DNA of 64,000 nt from an archaeon (GTDB lineage Archaea; Micrarchaeota; Micrarchaeia; Norongarragalinales; UBA97), in NCBI GenBank assembly GCA_020057405.1, contig JAGVFW010000014.1, positions 2,867-66,866 of the forward strand, read 5' to 3'. Positions 48,190 through 58,356 of this stretch are shown piece by piece. Under the pieces are notes generated by a model. The model worked only from the letters and a program-made list of their open reading frames with translations. It was not told the origin of the DNA and did no database searches. Position numbers and translations under genes: made by a program. Position 1 is the first letter of the stretch. Each line of letters starts with the position of its first letter.

Positions 48190-49386
48190 ATGGCATTCGA
48201 AGCAGTTACCCTGGACCTGCAGATGAGCGTGCTTTTGCTCGTCGCGATCTTGGGTTATTTGTTGTCAGTCAAGCTTGGCCACGCGGTCGTCCTCGGCGAA
48301 GTGCTCGCGGGCATAGTCTTCGGCCCGACCTTCCTAGGCATCATCACATTTAACGAATTTCTCCAAACCATGGCGTCCTTCGGTGCGATTGTGCTGCTTT
48401 TCACCGTCGGCCTTGAGACTAAACTGCGTGATGTCTACAACTTCAAGAGCCTGTGGGTCGCTCTCGGCGGAGTGACATTACCATGGATAGGCGGCTACGC
48501 AACAGCAACTCTCTTCGGCTACTCGACACTCGAGGCGGTCTTCATTGGCACTGCGCTAACCGCGACCAGCATCGCAATCACAGTCGCGGTCTTGCGGGAA
48601 TTTGGCGCCCTTGACACTGCAGTTGCAAAGACCATCATTGGCGCTGCTGTTGTCGACGACGTGCTCAGCCTCATCCTCTTGAGCGCCACAGTCGGTGCCG
48701 GAACCGGCGCACTGACGCTCGAATCATTCACTGCACCCGCATTCTACGCAATCGCATTCATCGCAATCGGCCTGATGCTAGGCACATTCTTCGCAAGCAT
48801 CCTGCGCAAGCTCGACCACCTCGTGGCTACCCGCAGCTACCCCGAAAACATCACGCTCATCGCAGCATTCGCTGTCGCCTTCGCCTACGCTACAGTCGCC
48901 GAACTAATGGGCCTTAGCGCCATTGTAGGTGCCTTCATCGCTGGCGTCAGCCTCGAACCCATCGCCAGCCGCGGCTTCCGTGAGGGCGCGCGCAACCTCG
49001 AAGCCATCTTCTCCGCAATCTTCTTCGTCTCACTGGGCGCCCTCGTCAAGATAGACCCGGCAACGCTAGTTGCAGCCGCGCCATTCGTAATCGTCCTCAC
49101 GCTAGTCGCTGCGGCGACCAAACTCGCCGGATGCTACCTGCCAGCCAGCCTCGCCGGACACAACCAAAAAGAGGCACTCGCAATCGGCGTTGGCATGATT
49201 CCGCGGGGAGAAGTCGCGCTCATCGTTGCCCTCATCGGACTTAACGCGGGCATTATCGCGCAATCGACTTACGCCATCCTCCTCTTCGTCACCATGCTCA
49301 CGACCGTCATCACGCCAATTTTCCTCAAGCCTATGTTCCCCCGCCCGCAAAAGCAATCTCGCGTTTCCGGAAAGAAGCGCAAATGA
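48190..49386 (+). CDS. Cation:proton antiporter (CPA2)
   Basis: GLET, ATSIAIT, AAVVDD, GMIPRGEV. Confidence 0.92.
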   Translation: MAFEAVTLDLQMSVLLLVAILGYLLSVKLGHAVVLGEVLAGIVFGPTFLGIITFNEFLQTMASFGAIVLLFTVGLETKLRDVYNFKSLWVALGGVTLPWIGGYATATLFGYSTLEAVFIGTALTATSIAITVAVLREFGALDTAVAKTIIGAAVVDDVLSLILLSATVGAGTGALTLESFTAPAFYAIAFIAIGLMLGTFFASILRKLDHLVATRSYPENITLIAAFAVAFAYATVAELMGLSAIVGAFIAGVSLEPIASRGFREGARNLEAIFSAIFFVSLGALVKIDPATLVAAAPFVIVLTLVAAATKLAGCYLPASLAGHNQKEALAIGVGMIPRGEVALIVALIGLNAGIIAQSTYAILLFVTMLTTVITPIFLKPMFPRPQKQSRVSGKKRK

Positions 49387-50711
49387 ACTACAACGCCGCC
49401 CTGAGGTTTCTCGACACGCTGCCAGCAGAAGGCGCCAACCTAAAGGCCAACGCCATGCGCCTCGAGCGAATGCACCTTTTGCTCAAGCTCTTGGGCAACC
49501 CGCATCGCCGCTACCAAGCCATTCACGTTGCCGGCACCGCAGGAAAGGGAAGCACGTGCGCAATCGCGGCCCAACTCTTAACCGCCCACGGCGTGCTCAC
49601 GGGCCTGCACTCCTCGCCCCACCTGCAAACCATCCGAGAGCGAATGTCAGTTGACGGCAAAAAGATTTCCGAGAGCGAGTTTGCCGCCCTAGCAACCAAA
49701 ATCGAGCCATTGTGCAAGCGCGTTGCAAAGCAACTTCCAAAGTTCGGCATTCCCACGTATTACGAAGCAACTCTCGCAATGGCATTCCAGCACTTTGCCG
49801 ATAACGGCGTGAAAATTGCGGTTGTCGAGACGGGCTTGGGCGGTGCCCTCGACGCAACTAATGTGCTAAAACCAAAAGTCGCAGTCATCACGAACGTTGG
49901 CCTTGACCACACGGAAATACTCGGGCATACAATCGCGCTTATTGCAAAAGACAAGGCAGGCATAATCAAGCGCGGCGCGATCGTGGTGACTGGCGCTAAT
50001 GGAAGCGCACTAAAAATAATTGAAAAAAAAGCACTGAAAAATCACGCGCCCATTCTACGGCTGGGCAACGAAATTCTCATCGACAGCGTTTTGTGCGATG
50101 CCAACGGCAGCACGTTCTGCCTGCACCTGCTAGGCAAGCATTTCCACAACCTGCGCTTATCGCTAGTCGGCCCTTACCAGGCGGTAAACGCCGGGCTCGC
50201 AATTGCGGCATGTAGCAAAATCATCAAGCTTGACGAAAAGAAAGTGCGAAAACCCCTCGCAACCGCATTTGTGCCTTGCCGTCTTGAAATAATGCAGCGA
50301 AAGCCGCTCGTCATTCTCGACGGGGCGCACAACCCGATGAAAGCACGCGCGCTTGCGGCAACCCTGCCACTCTTTGGGCATAAATTTGTTTTCGTCGTCG
50401 GCATTTCAGCAACAAAAGACGCGGCCGGCATCATAAGGGCGCTAAAGCCGCTGGCGGCAGAATTTATTTTCACCCGCGGGAGTGACGGGAAACGGTTTTA
50501 CCCGCCGCAGGAGCTAAAAGCGATTGCTGGAATGGGGAAAGTGGAGCCGAACTTGAGAAAGGCAGTCCCTCTTGCGCTCTCAATTGCCCTGCGCCGCAAA
50601 GTGCCCGCCTGCGTCACCGGCTCGCTTTACGTGGCGGGCGAGGCTCGGGGGTTCTGGGCAAAGGCCGCGGCTAGAAGCAGGGGGAAGGGCTTAAAGCCTC
50701 ATTACCTTTAA
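49383..50711 (+). CDS. folC: Folylpolyglutamate synthase/dihydrofolate synthase family
   Basis: HVAGTAGKGS, SPHL, ETGLGG.LDATN, DGAHNP, GSLY. Confidence 0.9.
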   Translation: MNYNAALRFLDTLPAEGANLKANAMRLERMHLLLKLLGNPHRRYQAIHVAGTAGKGSTCAIAAQLLTAHGVLTGLHSSPHLQTIRERMSVDGKKISESEFAALATKIEPLCKRVAKQLPKFGIPTYYEATLAMAFQHFADNGVKIAVVETGLGGALDATNVLKPKVAVITNVGLDHTEILGHTIALIAKDKAGIIKRGAIVVTGANGSALKIIEKKALKNHAPILRLGNEILIDSVLCDANGSTFCLHLLGKHFHNLRLSLVGPYQAVNAGLAIAACSKIIKLDEKKVRKPLATAFVPCRLEIMQRKPLVILDGAHNPMKARALAATLPLFGHKFVFVVGISATKDAAGIIRALKPLAAEFIFTRGSDGKRFYPPQELKAIAGMGKVEPNLRKAVPLALSIALRRKVPACVTGSLYVAGEARGFWAKAAARSRGKGLKPHYL

Positions 50712-50818
50712 ATGCGTTCCTAGCCTAATCACTCCAGTTTAAGGCGCGATTAAGCGCCGCAATCCACATAAGTTATTTTTCAGCCCGCATGGGTGGAATG
50801 CGTTGGGAAGTGGCAGGA

Positions 50819-52321
50819 ATGGAAAGGGAAGAGATAGTCTCTAGGCTTCGCGAGCGAAAGCTCTTGGTCGCTCCAGACGCGGTCGACCACCTCGTTGGCG
50901 AGCACGCGGGCGAGGCCGAAGAAATAATCAAGCGCATCATCGAGCGCGCAAGCGGGCCGTTTGTCTCACGCGAGTTAGTCGAAGAGACAGTCAGCGACAT
51001 GCACGAGGCCCAAAAAATCAAGAGCATCGTCGTACTCCAGCAAGCCAATTACACTCCCGCGGCAAAGGACGTCGAGGCGGACGTCAAGATCCACGACGAG
51101 TGGGATGTGACCGGCAAGAGCACGTGCACTGGCCACGTCGAGGACTTTGTCAACTACTTCCGCGACAGGCTCGCCCGCGAGAGCCACTTGCTTAAGAACC
51201 GGCCAAGCGACCTTGGCGTCACGCGCATGTCGGCACTCAAGCAGTCAATGCAAAAGAAGAACGCACGCATTGTCGGGATGGTGTGGGAAAAGCGCGTCAC
51301 GAAAAACGGCCACACCTTAATCGACATCGAGGACGAAGAGACGTCATTGCCGTGCTTCATCTCAAAGGACGCCCCTGCGGCGCTTAAGGAGGCGGCCAAC
51401 GACATCGTTTCGGACGAAGTCATTGGCTTTGACGGGTACCTTAGCAACGGCCTTTTCATCGTCAAGGAAATCATCTGGCCCGACATCCCGATTCGTGAAA
51501 AGAAGCTGGTGGAGGACGACATTGCCATTGCATTCATTTCAGACCTGCAAATCGGCAGCCGCTATTTCATGCAGGAGAACTTCACGCGCTTTCTCAAATT
51601 CATCAACGGCGATGCCGAGAAGCCGCAGGATCGCGAGTTGGCAGGAAAAATCAAGTACTTGTGCGTCGCGGGCGACGTGGTTGACGGCATCGGCATCTAC
51701 CCCGAGCAGGAAAAAGAGCTTGTAACCAAGGACGTCTACACGCAGTACGAAATCTTCTCGGAATACATGAAAAGCGTGCCAGAGCACATCCAGATCCTCA
51801 TCGGACCCGGCAACCATGATGCCGTCCGGATTGCGCAGCCGCGGCCCAGGCTGCCAAACGAGTTTACCAAAGCGTTTGAAGGGTATTCCAACATCCATTT
51901 AGTCGGCGACCCGGCCTTTTTCGAGCTGCATGGCTTGCGAACGATGATGTTTCACGGCGACGGCTTCTTCTCACTTGCGGCAAACATGCCGAAACTAAGC
52001 GGCGCGTACACCAACCCCGAGCGCGCGGCGGTTGAGATGCTCAAAAAGCGCCACCTCTCGCCCATCTATGGGGAGAACCCGGTTGTGCCTGAAAAGACTG
52101 ACTTTCTTTTCTTGCGCGAAGTGCCCGACTTAGTGCACTTTGGCCACGTTCACCACAATGGCTACGCTACTTACCGCGGCACTACGGTAATCAACAGCGG
52201 CACCTGGCAGTCGACAACCGCCTACCAGCTAAAGCAAGGCCACTTGCCAACTCCGGGACAGCTTCCCATTTACAGCGCCCGGACGGGCACGCTAAACATT
52301 CTTGATTTTGGAGGCGATTGA
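50819..52321 (+). CDS. polB: DNA polymerase D small subunit DP1
   Basis: AGDVVDGIGIYP.Q, PGNHDAVR, FHG, GHVH phosphoesterase motifs. Confidence 0.95.
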   Translation: MEREEIVSRLRERKLLVAPDAVDHLVGEHAGEAEEIIKRIIERASGPFVSRELVEETVSDMHEAQKIKSIVVLQQANYTPAAKDVEADVKIHDEWDVTGKSTCTGHVEDFVNYFRDRLARESHLLKNRPSDLGVTRMSALKQSMQKKNARIVGMVWEKRVTKNGHTLIDIEDEETSLPCFISKDAPAALKEAANDIVSDEVIGFDGYLSNGLFIVKEIIWPDIPIREKKLVEDDIAIAFISDLQIGSRYFMQENFTRFLKFINGDAEKPQDRELAGKIKYLCVAGDVVDGIGIYPEQEKELVTKDVYTQYEIFSEYMKSVPEHIQILIGPGNHDAVRIAQPRPRLPNEFTKAFEGYSNIHLVGDPAFFELHGLRTMMFHGDGFFSLAANMPKLSGAYTNPERAAVEMLKKRHLSPIYGENPVVPEKTDFLFLREVPDLVHFGHVHHNGYATYRGTTVINSGTWQSTTAYQLKQGHLPTPGQLPIYSARTGTLNILDFGGD

Positions 52322-52322
52322 A

Positions 52323-53111
52323 ATGGCATACGAAAAACAGCTGAAGGCGGCGGTCGGCGCTGCAAAAGCTGCGGGAAAAGTCTTGATGAAGCACCGGGGC
52401 GCCAAATTGTCGCTTTCGATGAAGGAAAGCAACGACTTTGCAACCCAGGCGGACTTTGAGTCGCAGGCGCTTGTGAAAAAAATGCTTGCAAAAGCTTTTC
52501 CGGACTACTCTTTTCTCGGCGAGGAAGACAAAAAGCACTCCACCGACTACCGGGGCTTCAAGTGGATTGTCGACCCGCTTGACGGCACGATAAACTACGC
52601 CCTTGGCCTGCCGTGGTTCTGCACCTCAATTGCCTTGGCGAAAGACGGCGAGCCAGTCCTTGGCGTCATCTATTCGCCAGTCTCAAAAGAACTCTTCGTC
52701 GCGGTTACTGGGGGCGGCTCGTTTCTTAACGGCAAGCGGCTTAGCGTGTCGAAAAAGCCCCTAGAGCAGCTGGCCCTCGGCTTTTCTATTTCCCACCGGC
52801 CGGAAAACTCCCGCCGGGTTGTCAAGCACCTGCCATTCCTGCACCCCATTTGCCTACGATTTAGGTGCATCGGCTCGATTGCCGAAGAAGTTTGCCACGT
52901 CGCAAGCGGCAGGTTCGGCGCGTACTATAACCTCATCTCAACGCCCTGGGATTTCGCAGCTGCGAAAGTCATTGTCGAAGAGGCAGGCGGGATTACAAGC
53001 GACTTGACGGGCAAAGCGTGGAAGCCAACGTCGCCAAACATCCTCGTCGCCAATAGCAAGCGCAGCCAAAGGCTCTTGATAGAAGCAATTGCCATGGGAG
53101 AACGGTCATGA
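52323..53111 (+). CDS. suhB: Inositol monophosphatase family protein
   Basis: GEE, WIVDPLDGTINY, PWDFAA. Confidence 0.88.
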   Translation: MAYEKQLKAAVGAAKAAGKVLMKHRGAKLSLSMKESNDFATQADFESQALVKKMLAKAFPDYSFLGEEDKKHSTDYRGFKWIVDPLDGTINYALGLPWFCTSIALAKDGEPVLGVIYSPVSKELFVAVTGGGSFLNGKRLSVSKKPLEQLALGFSISHRPENSRRVVKHLPFLHPICLRFRCIGSIAEEVCHVASGRFGAYYNLISTPWDFAAAKVIVEEAGGITSDLTGKAWKPTSPNILVANSKRSQRLLIEAIAMGERS

Positions 53112-53641
53112 GCGAAAAGCAGCCTGCAGCGGACGGCAATGAAAGCCATGCGGAGGAAGTCGAGGGAACGCCAGTCCAGCGCCACTTCTGCAGCACCACT
53201 TACGTCACGCAAAAGCAGTCCGGCGTCTTCAAGACTCTTCTCCTAATGCACAAGAAGCTCGGCGTGTGGCTCCCGCCCGGCGGGCACGTTGAGGAAAACG
53301 AGCTGCCCCACGAGGCTGCCTTGCGCGAAGTGTTTGAGGAAACCGGGTTGCGGGTGACTTTAGACGGTGGCAATGAAGGGAAGGCAATGGGCGAACGGAC
53401 GCTCTTGCTGCCGCCGGCTCACCACCTGCAGCTTGAGGAAATCGAGGCGGGCCGCCATTATCACATTGACTTCATTTATTTTGCAACCGCTCCCGACGGG
53501 GCGCAAGTGGTTGACGGGGAAAACCACGGCGACATAAAGTGGTTTGACGAGCACGAAATCCGCGCGATTGCGGAAAAAGACATGTTTGGCGAAGCGCGCT
53601 TGAATGCGCTTGAAAGCATTTGGAGGCACGACAAACACTAA
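53108..53641 (+). CDS. NUDIX hydrolase
   Basis: WLPPGGHVEENE....ALREVFEETG, H.HIDFIY. Confidence 0.9.
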   Translation: MSEKQPAADGNESHAEEVEGTPVQRHFCSTTYVTQKQSGVFKTLLLMHKKLGVWLPPGGHVEENELPHEAALREVFEETGLRVTLDGGNEGKAMGERTLLLPPAHHLQLEEIEAGRHYHIDFIYFATAPDGAQVVDGENHGDIKWFDEHEIRAIAEKDMFGEARLNALESIWRHDKH

Positions 53642-56600
53642 TGGCAGCTCCGGAAGCGGCGGCGAACAGGGAAGTCACTGTCGCCTCCCCGCGCATGAAG
53701 CTTTATCTCGGCGGCCTTAACGACGAGTTTCACCGCGCGTACGCAGTTGCAAGGCAGGCGCGCTCGAAAGGCAAGGACCCGGCAACTGACGTCGAGATAG
53801 CACCCGCAGAGGACATGGCCGCGCGCGTCGAGGGCCTCGTCGGGCCAAAGGGGATTGCCGAACGCATTCGCGAGCACATGAAAACCAAGGACCGCGAGGC
53901 AGCCGCGTTTGCAGTTGCAAAGGAGCTCATGCTCGAAGGCGGGGAAATCACCGCCCAGACTCTGCCAAGCGAGAAAGTCAGGCGCATCGAGCAGGCGGTT
54001 CGCACGGGGCTGGCTCTTGTGACTGAAGGAGTCGTCTCGGCGCCAATCGAAGGCATTTCAAGAGTGCAGGTGCGCAAGAATCCTGACGGGAGCGAATTCA
54101 TTTCAATCGGCTTTGCGGGGCCAATTCGGGGCGCTGGTGGCACGGGCCAGGCTTTTGCCCTTCTCTTGGCCGACTTTTGCAGGCAGGTTGCGCACATCGG
54201 AAACTACCGGCCCCGGCAGGATGAAGTAGAACGGTACGTCGAGGAACTGAATTTGTACGCCAGACGCACGCGCGCGGGCCAGTACGTGCCGACTGAAGAG
54301 GAAATCAAGCACATTGCAAACAACTGCGCGGTGTGCATTGACGGCGAGCCGAGCGAGGAATACGAGGTCAGCACGAAAAAAGACCTGCGCGTGACTGTCG
54401 CGGATGACACGGGCACTAAAGTCGAGATGGTGACCAACCGCGTGCGAAGCGGCGTTTGCTTAGTCATGAGCGAGGGCGTGTGCCTCAAGGCGGCTAAAGT
54501 GCTGAAAATTACGAAGAAGAACGGCCTTGACTGGCAGTGGGTTGAGAAGCTCATTAAAGTCGCGAAAAAGGACTCGATGAAGATGGAGCTAAAGCCTTCG
54601 TCAAAGTACATGGACGAGATTGTCGCCGGCAGGCCAATCTTTTCCTATCCCATGCGGCCCGGCGGCTTTCGCCTGCGCTACGGCCGCACGCCGATGACGG
54701 GCATTGCAGCAAAGGCGACGCACCCCGCGACGATGGTGGTGCTTGGAGAATTTCCGGCAATCGGCACGCAGCTAAAGGTCGAGCGGCCCGGCAAGGGGTG
54801 CGTGATTACCCCGTGCTCCGACTGCGAACCGCCCATAGTCAAGCTCGCTAATGGTGACGTCGTGCGCGTGAATAGCGCCGAGGAAGCGCGCGTTCTAGCG
54901 CCAGTGATTTCTGAGATTCTCTTCATCGGCGACTTGCTCGTCAACTACGGCGATTTTCTAAAGAGCAACCACGTGCTCGTGCCCTGCGGGTATAACGAGG
55001 AGTGGCACTCGCTTGAACTGGCGGCAAAGGGGATTGAGCTGACGCCTGCACAAGCGAGGCTGCAGCCTGCCGAAGAGGCACTCGAGCTGTGCAGGACTAA
55101 AGGCGTGCCCCTGTCACCTAGGCTGACTTTCTTTTGGAACGACGTCTCGGCACAGCAAATGCAGGAGCTGGCAAGCTGGCTTGACGCCGCGAAGTACGAG
55201 AGTTCCAAGGGGCTGCTGCAGGCAAGCATGGCGGGGCCAATTGAGGCGAAGGCCAAGCACTGCCTAGAGGAACTGGGCGTGCCCCACCGCGTGACGGAAG
55301 GCGAGATAGTCATTGGCAGGGACGAGGCGCTCGCGTTGCTCGTATCAATGGGCATGCTTGCTGCAGACGGGAGCAAAAAGGGCCTCGAACGATTTAACGC
55401 GGCGTTTGACGCGCAAAAAACGGGCTTGCAAATTATTGTTGACGCTGCCACCGTGCAAGTGCGAGACAAGTCGGGAACTTACATTGGCGCGAGCATGGGC
55501 CGACCCGAGAAAGCCAAGCCACGAAAGATGAAGCCGCCTGTGCACGCCTTATTTCCCGTTGGCCTGCACGGCGGAAAGCTAAGGAGCCTAGTGAAGGCAG
55601 TAAAGAGCATTGCCGAGGCGGATGTGAAGACGGCCGAACTGGAATTAAACTACCGCGCGTGCCCCGACTGCCAGAAGGAGACTTGGGAACTCTTGTGCGA
55701 GTCTTGCGGCGTGCACACTGTTGGTGCAAACAAGTGCTTCAAGTGCGGCAAGCTCTTTGTCGGCGAGCTTTGCTCCTGCGGTGGCGAGGGCTCACCAGCT
55801 GGCAAGCAGCCCATTTACTTGGAGCGGGCGTTTAGAAGCGCGTGCGAGCGCACCAACTGCAAGCCGGTTGAAGTCAAGGGAGTCGTCGGCCTCATTTCGG
55901 ATGCCAAGACTGCCGAGCCGCTTGAGAAGGGCGTGCTTCGCGCGGCGCACGATGTTTCAGTCTTCCGCGACGGCACCATCCGCTTTGACGCGACTGAAAT
56001 CCCGCTCACGCACTTCACTTGCAACATGGCAGGCATCACGGTAGGCCAGGCGCGCGAGCTGGGTTACGAGGAAGACGCGTTTGGCAAGCCATTAGAAGAC
56101 GAGGGCCAGTGGGTCGAGCTAAAGCCGCAGGACATGATTCTCCACGAGGACGCGGGCGAGTACCTCATGCGCACGGCGCGGTTTGTCGACGACCTCCTGG
56201 TTACTTTCTACGGCATGTCTGCGTACTACAAGCCGCAGACCGTGCGCGACATGATTGGAAAGCACGTCGTTTCGCTTGCGCCCCACACTTCAGCCGGGGT
56301 TTTATCCCGCGTCATCGGTTTTAATCAAGTTCGCGCGATTCTCGCGCATCCTTACATGCACTGCGCGTGCCGGCGAAACGCCGACGGCGACGAGCTTGCG
56401 ATAATGCTGCTCTTGGATGCGCTCTTGAACTTTTCGCTCGCCTACCTGCCCGCAAGCCGGGGCGGGAAAATGGACGCGCCCCTCGTTCTTTCAAGCGAGA
56501 TTAACCCGTCGCAAGTGGATGACGAGGTGCACGCGATGGAGTCAGTGTGGGGCTACCCGCTTGAGTTCTACGAGGCTGCGGCAAAATTCACGCCCCCGGG

Positions 56601-57123
56601 TGAAGTCAAGGTAGAGACGATTGGCCAGAGGCTTGGCACGCCGGGGCAGTTTGAGGGCATTGGCTTTACAAACACCTGCGAGTTTGAGGGGGCGCCCTAC
56701 CAGAGCGCTTACGTGCGGCTTGGGAGCATGGCCGAGAAGCTCCAAATCGAGCTTGAGTTGATGAGCAAAATCCGGGCGGTCGACACTGCGGGGGCCGCCG
56801 AGCGCATCCTGCTTTCGCACTTCTTCCCCGACATTTACGGCAACCTGCGCTCGTTTAGCAAACAGAGCTTTAGGTGCGTGGAGTGCAACTTCAAGCACAG
56901 GCGCGTGCCCCTCATTGGCAAGTGCAGAAAGTGCGGCGGCAAGCTTCTCCTCACCATCAACCGCGGTGGGGTCGAGAAGTACTTGAAATTAAGCAAGGCG
57001 GTTGCGGAGAAGTACGGCTTGCCCAACTACCTCAAGCAAAGGCTAATGCTTTTGGGGAAAGAAATCGCGAGCATTTTCGAGAACGAGCAAGTCAAGCAAG
57101 TGACGCTGGCGGAATTCGTCTAG
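53641..57123 (+). CDS. polC: DNA polymerase D large subunit DP2 (no intein)
   Basis: GGFRLRYGR, MGRPEKAK, RRNADGDE catalytic motif, C-terminal Zn finger and PIP-like QVTLAEF. Confidence 0.97.
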   Translation: MAAPEAAANREVTVASPRMKLYLGGLNDEFHRAYAVARQARSKGKDPATDVEIAPAEDMAARVEGLVGPKGIAERIREHMKTKDREAAAFAVAKELMLEGGEITAQTLPSEKVRRIEQAVRTGLALVTEGVVSAPIEGISRVQVRKNPDGSEFISIGFAGPIRGAGGTGQAFALLLADFCRQVAHIGNYRPRQDEVERYVEELNLYARRTRAGQYVPTEEEIKHIANNCAVCIDGEPSEEYEVSTKKDLRVTVADDTGTKVEMVTNRVRSGVCLVMSEGVCLKAAKVLKITKKNGLDWQWVEKLIKVAKKDSMKMELKPSSKYMDEIVAGRPIFSYPMRPGGFRLRYGRTPMTGIAAKATHPATMVVLGEFPAIGTQLKVERPGKGCVITPCSDCEPPIVKLANGDVVRVNSAEEARVLAPVISEILFIGDLLVNYGDFLKSNHVLVPCGYNEEWHSLELAAKGIELTPAQARLQPAEEALELCRTKGVPLSPRLTFFWNDVSAQQMQELASWLDAAKYESSKGLLQASMAGPIEAKAKHCLEELGVPHRVTEGEIVIGRDEALALLVSMGMLAADGSKKGLERFNAAFDAQKTGLQIIVDAATVQVRDKSGTYIGASMGRPEKAKPRKMKPPVHALFPVGLHGGKLRSLVKAVKSIAEADVKTAELELNYRACPDCQKETWELLCESCGVHTVGANKCFKCGKLFVGELCSCGGEGSPAGKQPIYLERAFRSACERTNCKPVEVKGVVGLISDAKTAEPLEKGVLRAAHDVSVFRDGTIRFDATEIPLTHFTCNMAGITVGQARELGYEEDAFGKPLEDEGQWVELKPQDMILHEDAGEYLMRTARFVDDLLVTFYGMSAYYKPQTVRDMIGKHVVSLAPHTSAGVLSRVIGFNQVRAILAHPYMHCACRRNADGDELAIMLLLDALLNFSLAYLPASRGGKMDAPLVLSSEINPSQVDDEVHAMESVWGYPLEFYEAAAKFTPPGEVKVETIGQRLGTPGQFEGIGFTNTCEFEGAPYQSAYVRLGSMAEKLQIELELMSKIRAVDTAGAAERILLSHFFPDIYGNLRSFSKQSFRCVECNFKHRRVPLIGKCRKCGGKLLLTINRGGVEKYLKLSKAVAEKYGLPNYLKQRLMLLGKEIASIFENEQVKQVTLAEFV

Positions 57124-57593
57124 AGCCCGTACCAGCGGCGGAGTGCCGCAATCGCCAAGTACCAGTGGTCCTGCGCTTCGCCCGAAAGGCCGCTTGGCTT
57201 GAACCGCGGAATCAGCATGGTGAAAACTTCGCGAAGCAGCTTGGCGTCTGCCTTGCCCTCGATTGGCGTGCTTACGGTGGCGTGGATTTGGGGGTCGTCG
57301 TCCTTGATTACTCTCTGCCAGTAGTCTTTGGCGTCGTCCTGGAAAAGGCAGGATTTTCCTAACAGCGTCGGCTCGGAGTCTTGGGGGACCGCGCCGATGT
57401 GGAGGGCCGGGCCGTTGAGCTTGTCGTGCATGATTTCAATGACTATGTCGTGCTCGTCGCGGTGGTCGAGCTTGGCGGTGAAGAAATAGACATCCCCGTG
57501 ACCGGTTTGGCTAAACGGTATGCGTTTGGGGATGAAAATCCCCTCGCGCTTTAGCAAGTCAAGCTTGAGGGCGGCAAGCGGGTGTTCGGCCAT
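57120..57593 (-). CDS. Hypothetical protein
   Basis: 157-aa ORF, convergent with polC. Confidence 0.7.
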   Translation of the reverse strand: MAEHPLAALKLDLLKREGIFIPKRIPFSQTGHGDVYFFTAKLDHRDEHDIVIEIMHDKLNGPALHIGAVPQDSEPTLLGKSCLFQDDAKDYWQRVIKDDDPQIHATVSTPIEGKADAKLLREVFTMLIPRFKPSGLSGEAQDHWYLAIAALRRWYGL

Positions 57594-57612
57594 GAAGCTA
57601 GTTTGGCCCCGG

Positions 57613-57885
57613 CTATAATTTAAGCCCTGCTAGGTGCAGGAGGATGAGGAGTCCCACGCCGGCCAGGCCCAAGACGGCCGTTACCAGCACGCTAAGAAAG
57701 TTGATTCCGATTTTGATGCCGTAGGCGCCGCCAAGCCAGTTGACGAGAATGAGTGCGATGAGGCCGATGACGGTGTTGACCAGAAGCTTGCGCAAAAAGC
57801 CGACTAGGAAAATCGTGATTGCGATGAAGGCGATTGCGATGACTAGTAGAATCCAAATCGGGATTGCGAGGAACTCAAGAACCAT
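57613..57885 (-). CDS. BofA-like small membrane protein
   Basis: LLVNTVIGL..L..VN, IGIN, LGLAGV. Confidence 0.8.
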   Translation of the reverse strand: MVLEFLAIPIWILLVIAIAFIAITIFLVGFLRKLLVNTVIGLIALILVNWLGGAYGIKIGINFLSVLVTAVLGLAGVGLLILLHLAGLKL

Positions 57886-58012
57886 CGGGTCTCATCTTCT
57901 CCTTTAGTTTTCGGTAGACTCCCATCAAAATGAAGACCGCGACGATGGCGCCGATGCCCAGGGCAAGCAGGAACCAGATTGGAATCGAGTCGAAGTTGTC
58001 AAAGAGCGCCAT
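57875..58012 (-). CDS. 45-aa single-TM protein, not in ORF track
   Basis: MALFDNFDSIPIWFLLALGIGAIVAVFILMGVYRKLKEKMRPDGS; GGTGA RBS; overlaps start of BofA-like gene. Confidence 0.6.
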   Translation of the reverse strand: MALFDNFDSIPIWFLLALGIGAIVAVFILMGVYRKLKEKMRPDGS

Positions 58013-58060
58013 TTTTTCACCAAAAAAATATTGTTGGAGCCGCTTTGGCCCCGAATGATT

Positions 58061-58231
58061 TTAGCAGTCGTGCGCCATTACGGTCTGCCTGCCGTTTGCC
58101 TTCGCGCGCGCTGCAGCTGCGCCTAGCAATGCCGCAACCTGGCGGTCAAGCGCTTCGAAAACACTGCCTGAAGTTCGCATGCCCTTCTTCTTGAAAAAGT
58201 CTCCAACTTCGCTCTTTACAACAAGTCCCAT
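58061..58231 (-). CDS. 56-aa histone-fold protein (face-to-face/alpha3-truncated type), not in ORF track
   Basis: MGLVVKSEVGDFFKKKGMRTSGSVFEALDRQVAALLGAAAARAKANGRQTVMAHDC; RxTxxxxD motif; GAGGTG RBS. Confidence 0.88.
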   Translation of the reverse strand: MGLVVKSEVGDFFKKKGMRTSGSVFEALDRQVAALLGAAAARAKANGRQTVMAHDC

Positions 58232-58356
58232 CGCAAAACACCTCGGAGAAAGGAGGGCGGGGGCGGATAAAAAGGCTTTTGGTGGCCGTTTGAGACGGTT
58301 TTTGGCAAAAAGCTCTTAAGCGCACGCCGCGAAGAATGGCTTGAGGATTAGCGCCG

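Noticed and set aside
53641-57123. Intein in DP2
   Set aside because: Length is normal and the catalytic region is contiguous
57979-58194. 71-aa plus-strand ORF
   Set aside because: Antisense to the histone-fold and small TM genes
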